From UHGV virus genome UHGV-0176695: DNA of 18,106 nucleotides; one strand, given 5' to 3'. The notes beneath the pieces are model-generated. The model saw only the letters and a list, made by a program, of their open reading frames with translations. It made no database searches and was not told where the DNA came from. Shown here one piece after another: positions 1 to 8,504 of the stretch (positions are counted from its first letter, which is position 1; each line of letters begins with the position of its first letter). This DNA is from a virus. The position numbers and the translations under genes are program-made.

Positions 1-50
1 CGGGTTACCCGGGCATCCGCGTTTGTAAGCAGGCGTCGGAACCTGTTCAT
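1..50 (-). CDS. Partial CDS (5' end only, continues past the window start); next gene of the head-morphogenesis operon
   Basis: ATG at 50..48 overlaps the TGA stop of the upstream gene (TGATG); frame stays open to the window edge (MNRFRRLLTNADARVT...). Too short to assign a function. Confidence 0.3.
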   Translation of the reverse strand, partial: MNRFRRLLTNADARVT

Positions 51-379
51 CAGTACCCCAGACGTACACACACAGTGGCATCACTGGTTTCAGCGTTACA
101 CCAGACGGTACCCACCAGCGTATTACCTGATTTCGTTGCCGTCAGCGTTGCCGTATCGGCTTTGAAATACACCAGCTTACCTTGAGTCATCGCCTCCGCT
201 TCTTTAGGCAAAGAAAACACACCTGTCGTATGTAAAACACCGGATGCATCTTCAGGAATATCAGCATGCGCAACGCCGATAAGATTATCCTGAACAACAA
301 GATCGCCTGATAACACAGCCTTTCCGGTACCATTCACCCACTCAACGGTTTTTCCGTCCTGAACATAATTTTTTGACAT
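50..379 (-). CDS. Small capsid-associated protein, possibly a head decoration/cement protein (DUF2190-like)
   Basis: 109-aa ORF; ATG at 379 with a GGAGAG ribosome-binding site about 6 nt upstream; lies directly after the capsid gene and its terminator. Gly/Val/Thr-rich sequence resembles small decoration proteins; family assigned from memory, not searched. Confidence 0.5.
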   Translation of the reverse strand: MSKNYVQDGKTVEWVNGTGKAVLSGDLVVQDNLIGVAHADIPEDASGVLHTTGVFSLPKEAEAMTQGKLVYFKADTATLTATKSGNTLVGTVWCNAETSDATVCVRLGY

Positions 380-424
380 TTTTTCTCTCCGGTAAATGCG
401 GCGCCTGCCACGCCGCCTCAGTCA

Positions 425-448
425 TAAAAAAACCGCCCTGTCCGGCGG
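425..448 (-). terminator. Intrinsic terminator between the capsid gene and the downstream small gene
   Basis: Minus-strand hairpin CCGCC-GGACAG-GGCGG (plus 433-448) followed by an 8-nt U-tract (plus 425-432), immediately after the capsid gene stop at 457..455. The plus strand also carries a T-run, so it may act in both directions. Confidence 0.5.
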
Positions 449-454
449 TTTTTA

Positions 455-2542
455 TTATTTTTTCACTTTGACCATACCTCGCCAGTCAAGTGGTGCCACA
501 CCAGCATCAATGCGCACCTTGAAGGCTGCGCCATCAATCGTAAAGCCCTGTTGCTGTTCCAGATATGGCGTATCAATACCATCAAGATAAGCCACTTCAA
601 TCGTGTCACGCCCCTGCGCTGCCACCAGGTAATAATCCGTCGGACTGTTGTCATCAAGACGGGCTTCTGACAAAACTGTGACGAAATTCTGGATCGGGTT
701 AATAATGCCGCTGTTCGCATCTGCACCAGGCACACTGGCAGACTTAATCAGTTGATTAGCTCGCGACTCAATGGCTACAGGCGTCAGCATAAAAGCAGGA
801 CGAATGTTCAGGCGACGGTCACCTGATTTCTGGAGCAGCATGGCTTTACGCCCGGAATCCAGCCCTTCAATAGACAAATCTGCCGTCACCAGGTTGCCAT
901 GATCTGCATGGAACAGCGGTTTGCCATCCGACATTTTGGGGTTGCTGGTCAGCACAGCCCAGACCAGATCTCCCACAGTAGTGCGTGCTGCCGCCCCCAT
1001 AGCCATCGGAATACGGGTCAGCATATCCAGGTCATCATTGATGATGGTCTGGCGATCAATGCTGAACAATTCGCCATAAGTCGCCAGTGCAATCGGTTCG
1101 CCACGATCTTTCAGCGTTACATACTTATATTCAGCGCCCGGTAATACCTGACGCAGCGTCGGGAAAGTTTCCAGCCCGACGCGGTGCGCTGTTTTAAAAT
1201 CGGTCAGCGTTCCCTTGCGGGTCCACTTGTCAAAATTTTCGCTGGCCTCATCCCAGCCCTGCAACGCGGCTTTATGGGCCACATCCATCAGGATATTGCC
1301 GAAATCGCTGTTGCTGTGAGTGAATGCCAGTCCAACCATCGCCATGGGCGCGGAATGACCGGAAATACCGATGCCGCGATCAACCAGCGAAGCACGCGCC
1401 AATTCACGCAGTGTAAAGCCGTTATAGGCATTGTCTTTTTCTGCTTCGGCATATCCGGCGCGCGCCATGACAGCTGCACGAATGGAATCGCCAACCAGAT
1501 TACCGTTTCCTGCATGAATATGAATGGCTCCCGGACCTGCACTTGGTGTCGTTCCGGCTGCCAGCGCCTGCAACAGTTTTTCACGGGCCTGTGCTTCCGT
1601 ACAGGTCATGTCGTTCAGACACTCCGCTTTCAGGTCGGCATAAGACGGGAAAGAGGCAAATACTGCAGTTACAGCCTGCACACGTTCCGCATTGGCTGCC
1701 ATCAGTTGTTGCTGAACCTGCGAAGCAATTGCGCTGATATCCACATTTCCGGTTGATGGCACCTGCTGAGCAGTTGTCTGTTGTGCATTTTGCGGGGCTG
1801 TTTTCGGTTCCTGCTGCTGTCCGTTCGTCGTTTCTGCACGCGGAGCAAAAAGCGCGTTAATCTGTTCTGGCATGTTATGGTAATCCTTCAGTTTATTTTG
1901 ATTCACACAGGCCGCAGCCTGTAATTCAGGTTCAAGCGTATCAGCGAAGCCTTTTTCCACAGCTTCAGCACCGTTCATCCAGGTTTCTGCTTTCAGCATG
2001 GCTTCCAGCTCCTCCTGCCCGAGTCCGCTTTTATTCATGTAGGCTGACAGCATCAACGCCTCGTTGCGATCCAGCCAGTCGGCATAATCACGCATATCAT
2101 CCGCATCGCCGGAAGCGCCGCCCCACGGCTTGTGTATCATCAGCCAGGAATTCTCCGGCATATGTACTGTGGCGCCGGGCAGGCAGACAATCATGGAGGC
2201 CATGCTGGCAGCAACACCATCCACCCAGATATCCACCTTTGCTTTCAGGCGTGACAGCGTGTTAAAGATGGCAAAGCCCTGCATCACATCGCCGCCCGGG
2301 CTGTGAATATGCAAATCAATGGCGCTGGCCTCAAACACCCCCGCTTCCTTACAGTCATTGATGAACTGTTGTGCTGAAATCCCCCATCCACCAATTACGT
2401 CATAAAGAAAAATTTCCACCCGCCCGGCAGTCTGTGCCCGGATTTCGTACCAGCACTGACCATTAGCGGCATCCACCCCCGCAAGGCTGGCACGGGGATT
2501 AATTATCGTCCCGCGAAGACGCGGACTTGTCATTTGCTGCAT
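455..2542 (-). CDS. Fused head maturation protease (ClpP/S49-like) - linker - major capsid protein
   Basis: 695-aa ORF. The N-terminal ~190 aa carry a ClpP/S49-type serine peptidase region (HIHSPGGDV...MASMIVCLPG...HKPWGG); a Q/A/T-rich low-complexity linker follows, then a ~400-aa capsid-like C-terminal part. Sits after the portal gene as C-Nu3-E does in lambda. AAGGAG ribosome-binding site upstream of ATG 2542; a second in-frame ATG lies at 2533. Confidence 0.8.
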   Translation of the reverse strand: MQQMTSPRLRGTIINPRASLAGVDAANGQCWYEIRAQTAGRVEIFLYDVIGGWGISAQQFINDCKEAGVFEASAIDLHIHSPGGDVMQGFAIFNTLSRLKAKVDIWVDGVAASMASMIVCLPGATVHMPENSWLMIHKPWGGASGDADDMRDYADWLDRNEALMLSAYMNKSGLGQEELEAMLKAETWMNGAEAVEKGFADTLEPELQAAACVNQNKLKDYHNMPEQINALFAPRAETTNGQQQEPKTAPQNAQQTTAQQVPSTGNVDISAIASQVQQQLMAANAERVQAVTAVFASFPSYADLKAECLNDMTCTEAQAREKLLQALAAGTTPSAGPGAIHIHAGNGNLVGDSIRAAVMARAGYAEAEKDNAYNGFTLRELARASLVDRGIGISGHSAPMAMVGLAFTHSNSDFGNILMDVAHKAALQGWDEASENFDKWTRKGTLTDFKTAHRVGLETFPTLRQVLPGAEYKYVTLKDRGEPIALATYGELFSIDRQTIINDDLDMLTRIPMAMGAAARTTVGDLVWAVLTSNPKMSDGKPLFHADHGNLVTADLSIEGLDSGRKAMLLQKSGDRRLNIRPAFMLTPVAIESRANQLIKSASVPGADANSGIINPIQNFVTVLSEARLDDNSPTDYYLVAAQGRDTIEVAYLDGIDTPYLEQQQGFTIDGAAFKVRIDAGVAPLDWRGMVKVKK

Positions 2543-4010
2543 CAGGAATCACTCCTTTATCGTTAGCGGCATCCGAATCGAACACCAAACCGTTTTCCCG
2601 GTTAAATTCAGTTTCACGCAGTCGCTGGCGTTTTACTTCCTGCGGTGACTGCCCACGAGCACGTATCCACTCGGCCTCCGTCCCGGCACCACCGCGAAGA
2701 ATGGCCCGCCATGCTGCAGCCTCCTTCACCGGATCAATCCACGGCATCACCGGGCCAAGATAAGTTGCGTTGAAAAGCGTGGATATATCCACATCAGGGG
2801 GAATATCAAGAAAAGGCTTTGCCTGCTCCAGCCATGCCCGGTACACCGGGCGACTGTACTGACCGACAAACCACTGCTGTAAAACACCGTAGCCTTCGTA
2901 ACCTTCCACCAGTTCCTGGCGCTGCGAACTGTAGGAGCCGTTATAGTCACGGGCAATACTGGAATAACTGCCACGGGTTCCGGCAGCCACAGCCCGCAAC
3001 TGACCGTTACGGAATTCATAAAGATGAACATTCGGGCGGTTAGACTCCACCATTCCCAGATCTTCACCGGGTGCCAGTTCGTCAAAAATCATGCCCGGCG
3101 AAATATCAAAATATCGGTTTTTTTGTTCCGGAGGTGTCCAGTCGTTATCCGTCGGAAAGCTGGCTGCATCACCGCGTTTAATGTAGAAGCCAAGCGCGGC
3201 AGCAATACGGGCAGCCACTCGCTCTGATTCTTCGTAATCTTTCAGATCTGCAATCCGGCGAATCACGCCATGTAACAGACTGACACCTCTTACTTGATGC
3301 AGGCGCTTCCGCATCGCCAGATGCAGCATGCTGTCCGCCTTAACAGTTTTGAGCTCGGCGCTGAAACCGCGCAGATTTGCAGGATGATATTTGTATACGC
3401 GATATCCTACAGGCCGCCCCCAGTTATTAAGAATTATGCCCTGACGGATCTGTTGCCCTGCATTCGTATTCAGATTAACCGGAACAAAATCTGCTTCGAG
3501 AAGCTCCAGTGATAATGGCACCACAGTGGAATGATTCAGCCCGGCGACAGGTCCGCGCACCAGCTGTACAAACATTTCGCCATCACGCAAGGCGGATCGC
3601 AGCGCCATCCGTTCAGCTTCCGGACGGGTGAACATCCCCGTCACCTCCGGGCGAACGGACCATTCAGACCACAGCGACGATATCTGCTCCGCCAGTGACT
3701 CATGAAGCGTGCCGTCGCTTCTCAGTGGTTGCGGCTCGACCTGGATCCCCTGTGCGCCAATAACCCGCTCTTCCAGCTTATCCAGCAGACCAATCACGAT
3801 ATCGTGATCTTCATCCAGCGCTCTTGCCTGTTCACGTAATGACGTCCCGGCTGCAAAAACAGCAGTATCCGCCGAACGGACTTCGCGCCGGGCCTTATTC
3901 AGGCGTGAAGGCTGCGCTGCTTCATAAGCCCTCAACAGCATTTTGTTTCTGGCACGCGAAACTGCCCACCCTGGCGCAATTGCGCCAAGTGCTTTATCAA
4001 AAAAACCCAT
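2499..4010 (-). CDS. Phage portal protein (lambda gpB-like)
   Basis: 503-aa ORF; ATG at 4010 with a GAGGA ribosome-binding site; located between the gpW-like gene and the protease-capsid gene in lambda head-gene order. Its 3' end overlaps the capsid gene start by 44 nt. Confidence 0.8.
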   Translation of the reverse strand: MGFFDKALGAIAPGWAVSRARNKMLLRAYEAAQPSRLNKARREVRSADTAVFAAGTSLREQARALDEDHDIVIGLLDKLEERVIGAQGIQVEPQPLRSDGTLHESLAEQISSLWSEWSVRPEVTGMFTRPEAERMALRSALRDGEMFVQLVRGPVAGLNHSTVVPLSLELLEADFVPVNLNTNAGQQIRQGIILNNWGRPVGYRVYKYHPANLRGFSAELKTVKADSMLHLAMRKRLHQVRGVSLLHGVIRRIADLKDYEESERVAARIAAALGFYIKRGDAASFPTDNDWTPPEQKNRYFDISPGMIFDELAPGEDLGMVESNRPNVHLYEFRNGQLRAVAAGTRGSYSSIARDYNGSYSSQRQELVEGYEGYGVLQQWFVGQYSRPVYRAWLEQAKPFLDIPPDVDISTLFNATYLGPVMPWIDPVKEAAAWRAILRGGAGTEAEWIRARGQSPQEVKRQRLRETEFNRENGLVFDSDAANDKGVIPDAANDKSASSRDDN

Positions 4011-4018
4011 AAAAATCC

Positions 4019-4237
4019 TCAGGAGAAACGAGCGAGTTTGTACGGTTTCCTTGTGGGCTGGCAGACTGCCGCCCAGCGTTTTTCCCAGTATTCAAGTTCT
4101 GCACGTAATGCAGCGGGATCATGATTAGTAATGGCGCGACCATTCACCCCGGTAAAGGAAACGCTTTTACCATCAAGGGAGTCCCGGTAAGCCTGACGCA
4201 CCATGACCAGCGTCTGATAAACTTCTTCTTTCTTCAC
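4019..4237 (-). CDS. gpW-like head-tail joining (head completion) protein
   Basis: 72-aa ORF starting at GTG 4237 with a strong GGAGG ribosome-binding site 6 nt upstream; the GTG overlaps the terminase TGA stop (GTGA). Size and position between terminase large subunit and portal match lambda W. Confidence 0.55.
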   Translation of the reverse strand: MKKEEVYQTLVMVRQAYRDSLDGKSVSFTGVNGRAITNHDPAALRAELEYWEKRWAAVCQPTRKPYKLARFS

Positions 4238-6351
4238 AACCAGCCTCCGTTTCGGGGTAGTGATAACCAGTTTCCGGATAACGCTTCTGACGACGCTTCT
4301 TCTCGCCGCTCATTTCTTCCGGCAACGTTTTTCTTGTCCGCCACACCGGAAGAGCGTTTGTCTGCCGAAGCACCCGCGTCAGCATCCTGCCCTCTTGCCC
4401 ACTGGGGAGGGTTACTCCAGTCACGGATTTTTTCATAGCCACGCAGAATGGCGACCGCATGGGCATAACAGAAAAGGTCAAAGGCTTCGTTATTCCCTTT
4501 GCCTGGCTTACGCCATTTACCGTCAGCGCCACGCTCTTCATAGGTCAGTTCTTCGTAAAACCATTCTCCAATCCAGTCAGGAAAATGAATGTACCCCGGC
4601 CCGGGAGATTCACGCTGCAGGTTATTGCTTAGCTGGTCTTTCAACTGATCCGTCTGCAGGAGGTATACCGGCACCTTTCCCTGGGCATCAGCACGGCGAT
4701 CGCTTCGCCCGGTATTATCCGGGTGTGTGATGGTGATAATTTTCTGGCGTTTCGTGCTGTCACCCTTTATCAGAAAAATCCGTCGGCCCAGTCCATCCTG
4801 ACGACATTTTCGCCAGAATTTATAGGCGTTATCGGTCACACCGTCCTCACCCCCACTGTCAACCGCCATTGCCAGCACAGGCATTCTGCGGGACGAATCG
4901 GACTGGAGCGGATATGTTTTCTCCAGTACATCGGTGACCAGCAACTGCCAGTCTTCCGGGTAAGCGCCGGGATGTACAGGAAGAGCCTCACCATTTTCAT
5001 CACAGCGCAATGAATGCCGGATGTTATAACGGTCCACCAGCCAGCGTTCGCCGTCCTCACCATAGCCAGTAATCTGCACCACAAACCGCCGGTTCTTCCC
5101 ACCCTGCACGTCGACTGCCGCAATAAGAAAACGTACTTTCGGTGGCACCAGGCGTTTACCGTAATCTTCGGCCCGCTGCATCAGCACATCTGCACTGCGC
5201 AACTCCAGTGCAGAACGAGGCAAATAAGGTAATCCCCAGTCGGTATTAATCACCGCCTTCAGTGTTTCTTCACTGCCTGTGGCTTCATATTCCTGCTCAG
5301 CTGTCAGTAGTTTGTAAACCAGTTGTGCCCAGGTCTGATAGGCTGCAGCGGGCCCCTCCATCCAGAATGACGCAACCCTTGAATGCCGGGGTGTTCCGGT
5401 AACATTCCCTTCCCTGTCGATCAGCTCACCCTCACGCAACCACACACCGCGTCCATTCAGTTCACGTTTCATGTCCGCGGTGATTCGGTTGCCACAATGA
5501 GGGCATAATATATGAGCCGCTTCACTCGCTTTTACAGGATCAGGATTGTCACGATACCCCGTCATAGCCTCCATGGATGGCTGAAAATAATCACCACAAT
5601 CCGGGCAGGGCCAGTACCAGCGACGACGATCGCCACGGTTATACAGAGAAAGGATACCTGTGGTGGGCGGCGCCTCATGCGGTGATGTTCTGCGCCACTT
5701 ACTGTTTGTGATCTCACGCCCGGGCGAACTCTCCACCAGCGTCATACCTGCAGACATAAATGTGGTGGTACGTTTTGACGCCAGGGAAAAACCATCGCCT
5801 TCGCCATCAATATCTTCAGGAAATCGGTCGTAATCAGTCAGCGCCACACATTTAAAATCAGAGGATGACATGACATTGATGGATGGCCAGCCGATTTTCA
5901 GAAAGCTACCTGACAGAAAATATTTGTCATGAACGTTGTTATCGTTACGGCGTGGGCTGAGGCGTTTTCTGACCTCCGGACTGCAACGAAATGTTCTTGC
6001 CAGGCGCTTTTTGGAGTGCTCCTGCGCCTTATCCTGCGTCATCTGCACCAGCAAAAAGTCAGACGGATCGCAGACAATGTTATAAACCACCCAGCCATCA
6101 ATCAGGCCGTTAGTCTTGCCCGTACGGGCAGGACCAACAAAAACAACCGCATCAAACTCACGGGACGACAGGCAGTTCATGGGTTCAATCACATACGGTG
6201 CAACCAGTGGATCCCACGGAACAGAGTTGCCACCAGATGTAGGGACTCGCATAAATTTTTGAACCGCTTCGGCAACAGGCATTCTGCGCGGCGCTTTAAT
6301 TAACTGGCCTGTATCCAGTTTCAAAGATCTGGCGGTCGCCTGCACAGGCAT
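4234..6351 (-). CDS. Terminase large subunit (lambda GpA-like)
   Basis: 705-aa ORF; Walker A-like VFVGPARTGKT near the N-terminus; ATG at 6351 overlaps the stop of the upstream small-subunit gene (TAATG); size and synteny as for lambda A. Confidence 0.9.
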   Translation of the reverse strand: MPVQATARSLKLDTGQLIKAPRRMPVAEAVQKFMRVPTSGGNSVPWDPLVAPYVIEPMNCLSSREFDAVVFVGPARTGKTNGLIDGWVVYNIVCDPSDFLLVQMTQDKAQEHSKKRLARTFRCSPEVRKRLSPRRNDNNVHDKYFLSGSFLKIGWPSINVMSSSDFKCVALTDYDRFPEDIDGEGDGFSLASKRTTTFMSAGMTLVESSPGREITNSKWRRTSPHEAPPTTGILSLYNRGDRRRWYWPCPDCGDYFQPSMEAMTGYRDNPDPVKASEAAHILCPHCGNRITADMKRELNGRGVWLREGELIDREGNVTGTPRHSRVASFWMEGPAAAYQTWAQLVYKLLTAEQEYEATGSEETLKAVINTDWGLPYLPRSALELRSADVLMQRAEDYGKRLVPPKVRFLIAAVDVQGGKNRRFVVQITGYGEDGERWLVDRYNIRHSLRCDENGEALPVHPGAYPEDWQLLVTDVLEKTYPLQSDSSRRMPVLAMAVDSGGEDGVTDNAYKFWRKCRQDGLGRRIFLIKGDSTKRQKIITITHPDNTGRSDRRADAQGKVPVYLLQTDQLKDQLSNNLQRESPGPGYIHFPDWIGEWFYEELTYEERGADGKWRKPGKGNNEAFDLFCYAHAVAILRGYEKIRDWSNPPQWARGQDADAGASADKRSSGVADKKNVAGRNERREEASSEALSGNWLSLPRNGGWL

Positions 6352-6848
6352 TATTCGTCCTCCTGATTTTCCTCCTCTTCATCTTCCGGTTTGCTGTCAT
6401 CCGCCACCCGCCGCGCAATTTCGTCACGCAGATCATCAATAATGCTTTGCACCCGCATGACAGCCGAAGGCTCAAGAGCACAATCGCGTTCAAGAATATC
6501 GGGGAGAGTTTCCAGAACCTGCACCATAGCCTTTGCCATTTCAGCAAATTCACGGGCGACATCAGACGCAGGGATCAATTCTCCGACTTCCTGTTCGAAT
6601 TTCAGGCGTTCCCGTTCTGACTGATACCAGGCTTTTCGGTCGTGAGGATCCATTTCCCCTTCAGCGACAGGCGGTGGCAACTTCAATAACTCAGCCAGAA
6701 TATCAGTGAGTTTGTACAACTTAAGTTTGTCGTGCCCACCAGCGGTTTTAATTTTTTTTAACCTTTCAGATACCGTTTGTCGGTGCAATCCAGACAGAGC
6801 AGCTACCTGACTGATGTTGAGTGCAAGATTCTTCAGTTCACGATCCAT
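6351..6848 (-). CDS. Terminase small subunit (Nu1-like DNA-recognition subunit)
   Basis: 165-aa ORF; N-terminal helix-turn-helix (LNISQVAALSGLHRQTVSERL) and acidic C-terminal tail (EDEEEENQEDE); directly upstream of and coupled to the large subunit. Confidence 0.7.
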   Translation of the reverse strand: MDRELKNLALNISQVAALSGLHRQTVSERLKKIKTAGGHDKLKLYKLTDILAELLKLPPPVAEGEMDPHDRKAWYQSERERLKFEQEVGELIPASDVAREFAEMAKAMVQVLETLPDILERDCALEPSAVMRVQSIIDDLRDEIARRVADDSKPEDEEEENQEDE

Positions 6849-7137
6849 AATTTACCCGACACATAAAAAACCAAGATCACGACGAGCTTTATGTTGATGA
6901 ATAAAAAACCACCAATTTCGACATAGAAAAAATAAATTAACAATAAATATCATGCGGTTAACAAGATGATGATGACGAATGAAAATGCAAAAATTTGGCG
7001 ATTTCTGCGCGTATGCCGTCCCTCGGTGTTTCAGATTCCGGAAAGGACCCGTGAAAATGGGAGCGATTATCATTTACACGCACTCTAATACCGGCATTAT
7101 CGCAGCCCCTCACACTGAAGGGCTGCTGTAATGCCTG
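6849..7137. promoter_or_regulatory. Candidate cos / terminase-recognition region (AT-rich intergenic region upstream of the terminase small subunit)
   Basis: 289-bp non-coding, AT-rich stretch immediately upstream of the Nu1-like gene, where lambda carries cosN/cosB. A long imperfect hairpin lies at 7091-7136 (GGCATTA..GCAGCCC-loop-GGGCTGC..TAATGCC). No lambda cosN sequence was recognised. Confidence 0.2.
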
Positions 7138-7437
7138 TTACTCAGTAACTACCGCGCCTTTCGGTAATTCCATACCGGCAAATACCGGACAACCAGGATG
7201 ACGATCATCTTCTGTTGCTTCCAGCATTGACTCACCAAACCACTCCGTCGTGGCGCGACCATCAGCTGCTTTGTAGTGGAGTAAGTACTGATTTTCGCCA
7301 CCCGCATACTGAGCGCGAGCTTTAACCTCACCCCATTCATCACTGATGCATACTTCCACCAGTTGTGACAGTTCAAACTTAAACGGAACAGCCACGGCAC
7401 CAATTGCAATCGGTTTGTTTTCTGTTTTTTCCATCAT
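7138..7437 (-). CDS. Hypothetical protein (about 100 aa)
   Basis: Track ORF 7138..7485 trimmed to tandem ATGs at 7437/7434, preceded by an AGGAG ribosome-binding site; begins MMEKTENKPIAIGAV.... No family recognised. Confidence 0.5.
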   Translation of the reverse strand: MMEKTENKPIAIGAVAVPFKFELSQLVEVCISDEWGEVKARAQYAGGENQYLLHYKAADGRATTEWFGESMLEATEDDRHPGCPVFAGMELPKGAVVTE

Positions 7438-7608
7438 CGTCTCCTGATATCGAAGCCCGTCGCCGCACCAGGCACTGATCAACATTTGAGTATTCGCAGC
7501 GTCAGAAAGAATTTATTTTATTGAGTAGCCACAAACACAGAATTTCATGCTTTCCGGACGCGAACGCATCCTTCATTTTTCAGCAAAATATTCTGCTCTT
7601 ACAGGCGA

Positions 7609-7791
7609 TCAATTCTGTGTGCACCGCCGAACGCCATCAATAAGCTGGCAGACCTGAGAAGCCGTATCGAAAAGCTGACGCGCCTTATCCAGGCTGACGC
7701 ACCCCACCAATAAAAAAGGCACCAGTATCGCTACCAGTGCCCATTTCGCCGCCGTTCGCGGCATTCTGTGTGTCCAGTGTTTTCGGCTCAT
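7609..7791 (-). CDS. Putative small lipoprotein (signal peptide plus lipobox LLVGC)
   Basis: 60-aa ORF; ATG at 7791 with a GGTGGTGA ribosome-binding-like element; hydrophobic N-terminus ending in the lipobox L-V-G-C, then about 30 residues with two further Cys. Tightly coupled to upstream small ORFs (TGA-C-ATG). Confidence 0.5.
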   Translation of the reverse strand: MSRKHWTHRMPRTAAKWALVAILVPFLLVGCVSLDKARQLFDTASQVCQLIDGVRRCTQN

Positions 7792-7875
7792 GTCACCACC
7801 AACGTACAGCCCAAATCAGAACAGCGACCGCCACAAGGCGAATTGCAAAGGCCGTTGCCCGAATTAAATCAGCAC

Positions 7876-8025
7876 TCATCTGTTTAAATAAATTGTTGTG
7901 TATGCAACCAGTGCGGTACAAATAATCCATGCAACTGGCGTCAGTATGTGCCTGATACCCCGGCATACCGCGATGATTTTTGCGGCATCATCAGCCCCCT
8001 GCGGAGTGGTTTCTGCTTTTATCAT
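7876..8025 (-). CDS. Putative small membrane protein with a C-terminal transmembrane segment
   Basis: Track ORF 7876..8115 begins at GTG; the best ribosome-binding site (GGAGAT, about 9 nt) precedes ATG 8025, giving MIKAETTPQGADDAAKIIAVCRGIRHILTPVAWIICTALVAYTTIYLNR. Its stop overlaps the ATG of a 28-aa hydrophobic ORF (7793..7879). Start and reality uncertain. Confidence 0.3.
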   Translation of the reverse strand: MIKAETTPQGADDAAKIIAVCRGIRHILTPVAWIICTALVAYTTIYLNR

Positions 8026-8118
8026 CAGATCATCTCCAAATTTATCTTTCGTCGTGTTAGGCTTTACTGGCATGAATGATCCCCATGCGCATTCACAAAG
8101 TGAATCCATAAACACAAA

Positions 8119-8144
8119 GCCCCGATTGCTCCAACAACCGGGGC
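8119..8144 (-). terminator. Bidirectional intrinsic terminator-like hairpin
   Basis: GCCCCG-14 nt loop-CGGGGC (plus 8119-8144), with TTTATTTTTTATTT on the plus side and TTTGTGTTT on the minus side; lies 8 nt after the stop of the 93-aa gene. Confidence 0.45.
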
Positions 8145-8152
8145 TTTATTTT

Positions 8153-8434
8153 TTATTTACTGGTATGAGTACGGCATTTAGCTATTTCATTCCGGGCTTT
8201 ACTGTCTCCGCGACAGATACAACGCACCGTGTCTCCGGTCAGCGTGGTGATGTAGGCTTCATCCGTTTTTTCCACCGAAATGCATGGTACATTTCCATCC
8301 TGGCAATACTCCACTTGGGCAGCAAGGTGAGTGTTGCGCGGGTAAAATTCCAGGCGATACATATTCCCCAGAACATGCACTTCTTCAACCTGACGCCCAT
8401 CTTCCGTTACCGTGATTTTTTTCAGTGCGTACAT
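8153..8434 (-). CDS. Hypothetical Cys-containing protein (93 aa)
   Basis: Track ORF trimmed to ATG 8434, preceded by a GGAGG ribosome-binding site; MYALKKITVTEDGRQ...; five Cys in the C-terminal half; no transmembrane segment; directly downstream of the endolysin. Confidence 0.5.
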   Translation of the reverse strand: MYALKKITVTEDGRQVEEVHVLGNMYRLEFYPRNTHLAAQVEYCQDGNVPCISVEKTDEAYITTLTGDTVRCICRGDSKARNEIAKCRTHTSK

Positions 8435-8504
8435 GCGTACCTCCGTTCTTTCGTTTTTTGAGCAATAAAAAAGCCGCTCATGGCGGCCCTGTATGTTTTG
8501 CAAG

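Noticed and set aside
899-1756. Plus-strand track ORFs inside the capsid gene (899..1144, 1184..1756, 1543..1737) and the minus-strand ORF 1288..1584
   Set aside because: They lie entirely within, and antisense to or out of frame with, a long well-supported capsid ORF, lack convincing ribosome-binding sites and have low-complexity translations; typical shadow ORFs.
7898-8461. 187-aa plus-strand ORF spanning the small-ORF cluster and the Cys-rich gene
   Set aside because: It is antisense to minus-strand genes with ribosome-binding sites, runs through the 8119-8144 terminator hairpin, and every other supported gene in the window is on the minus strand.
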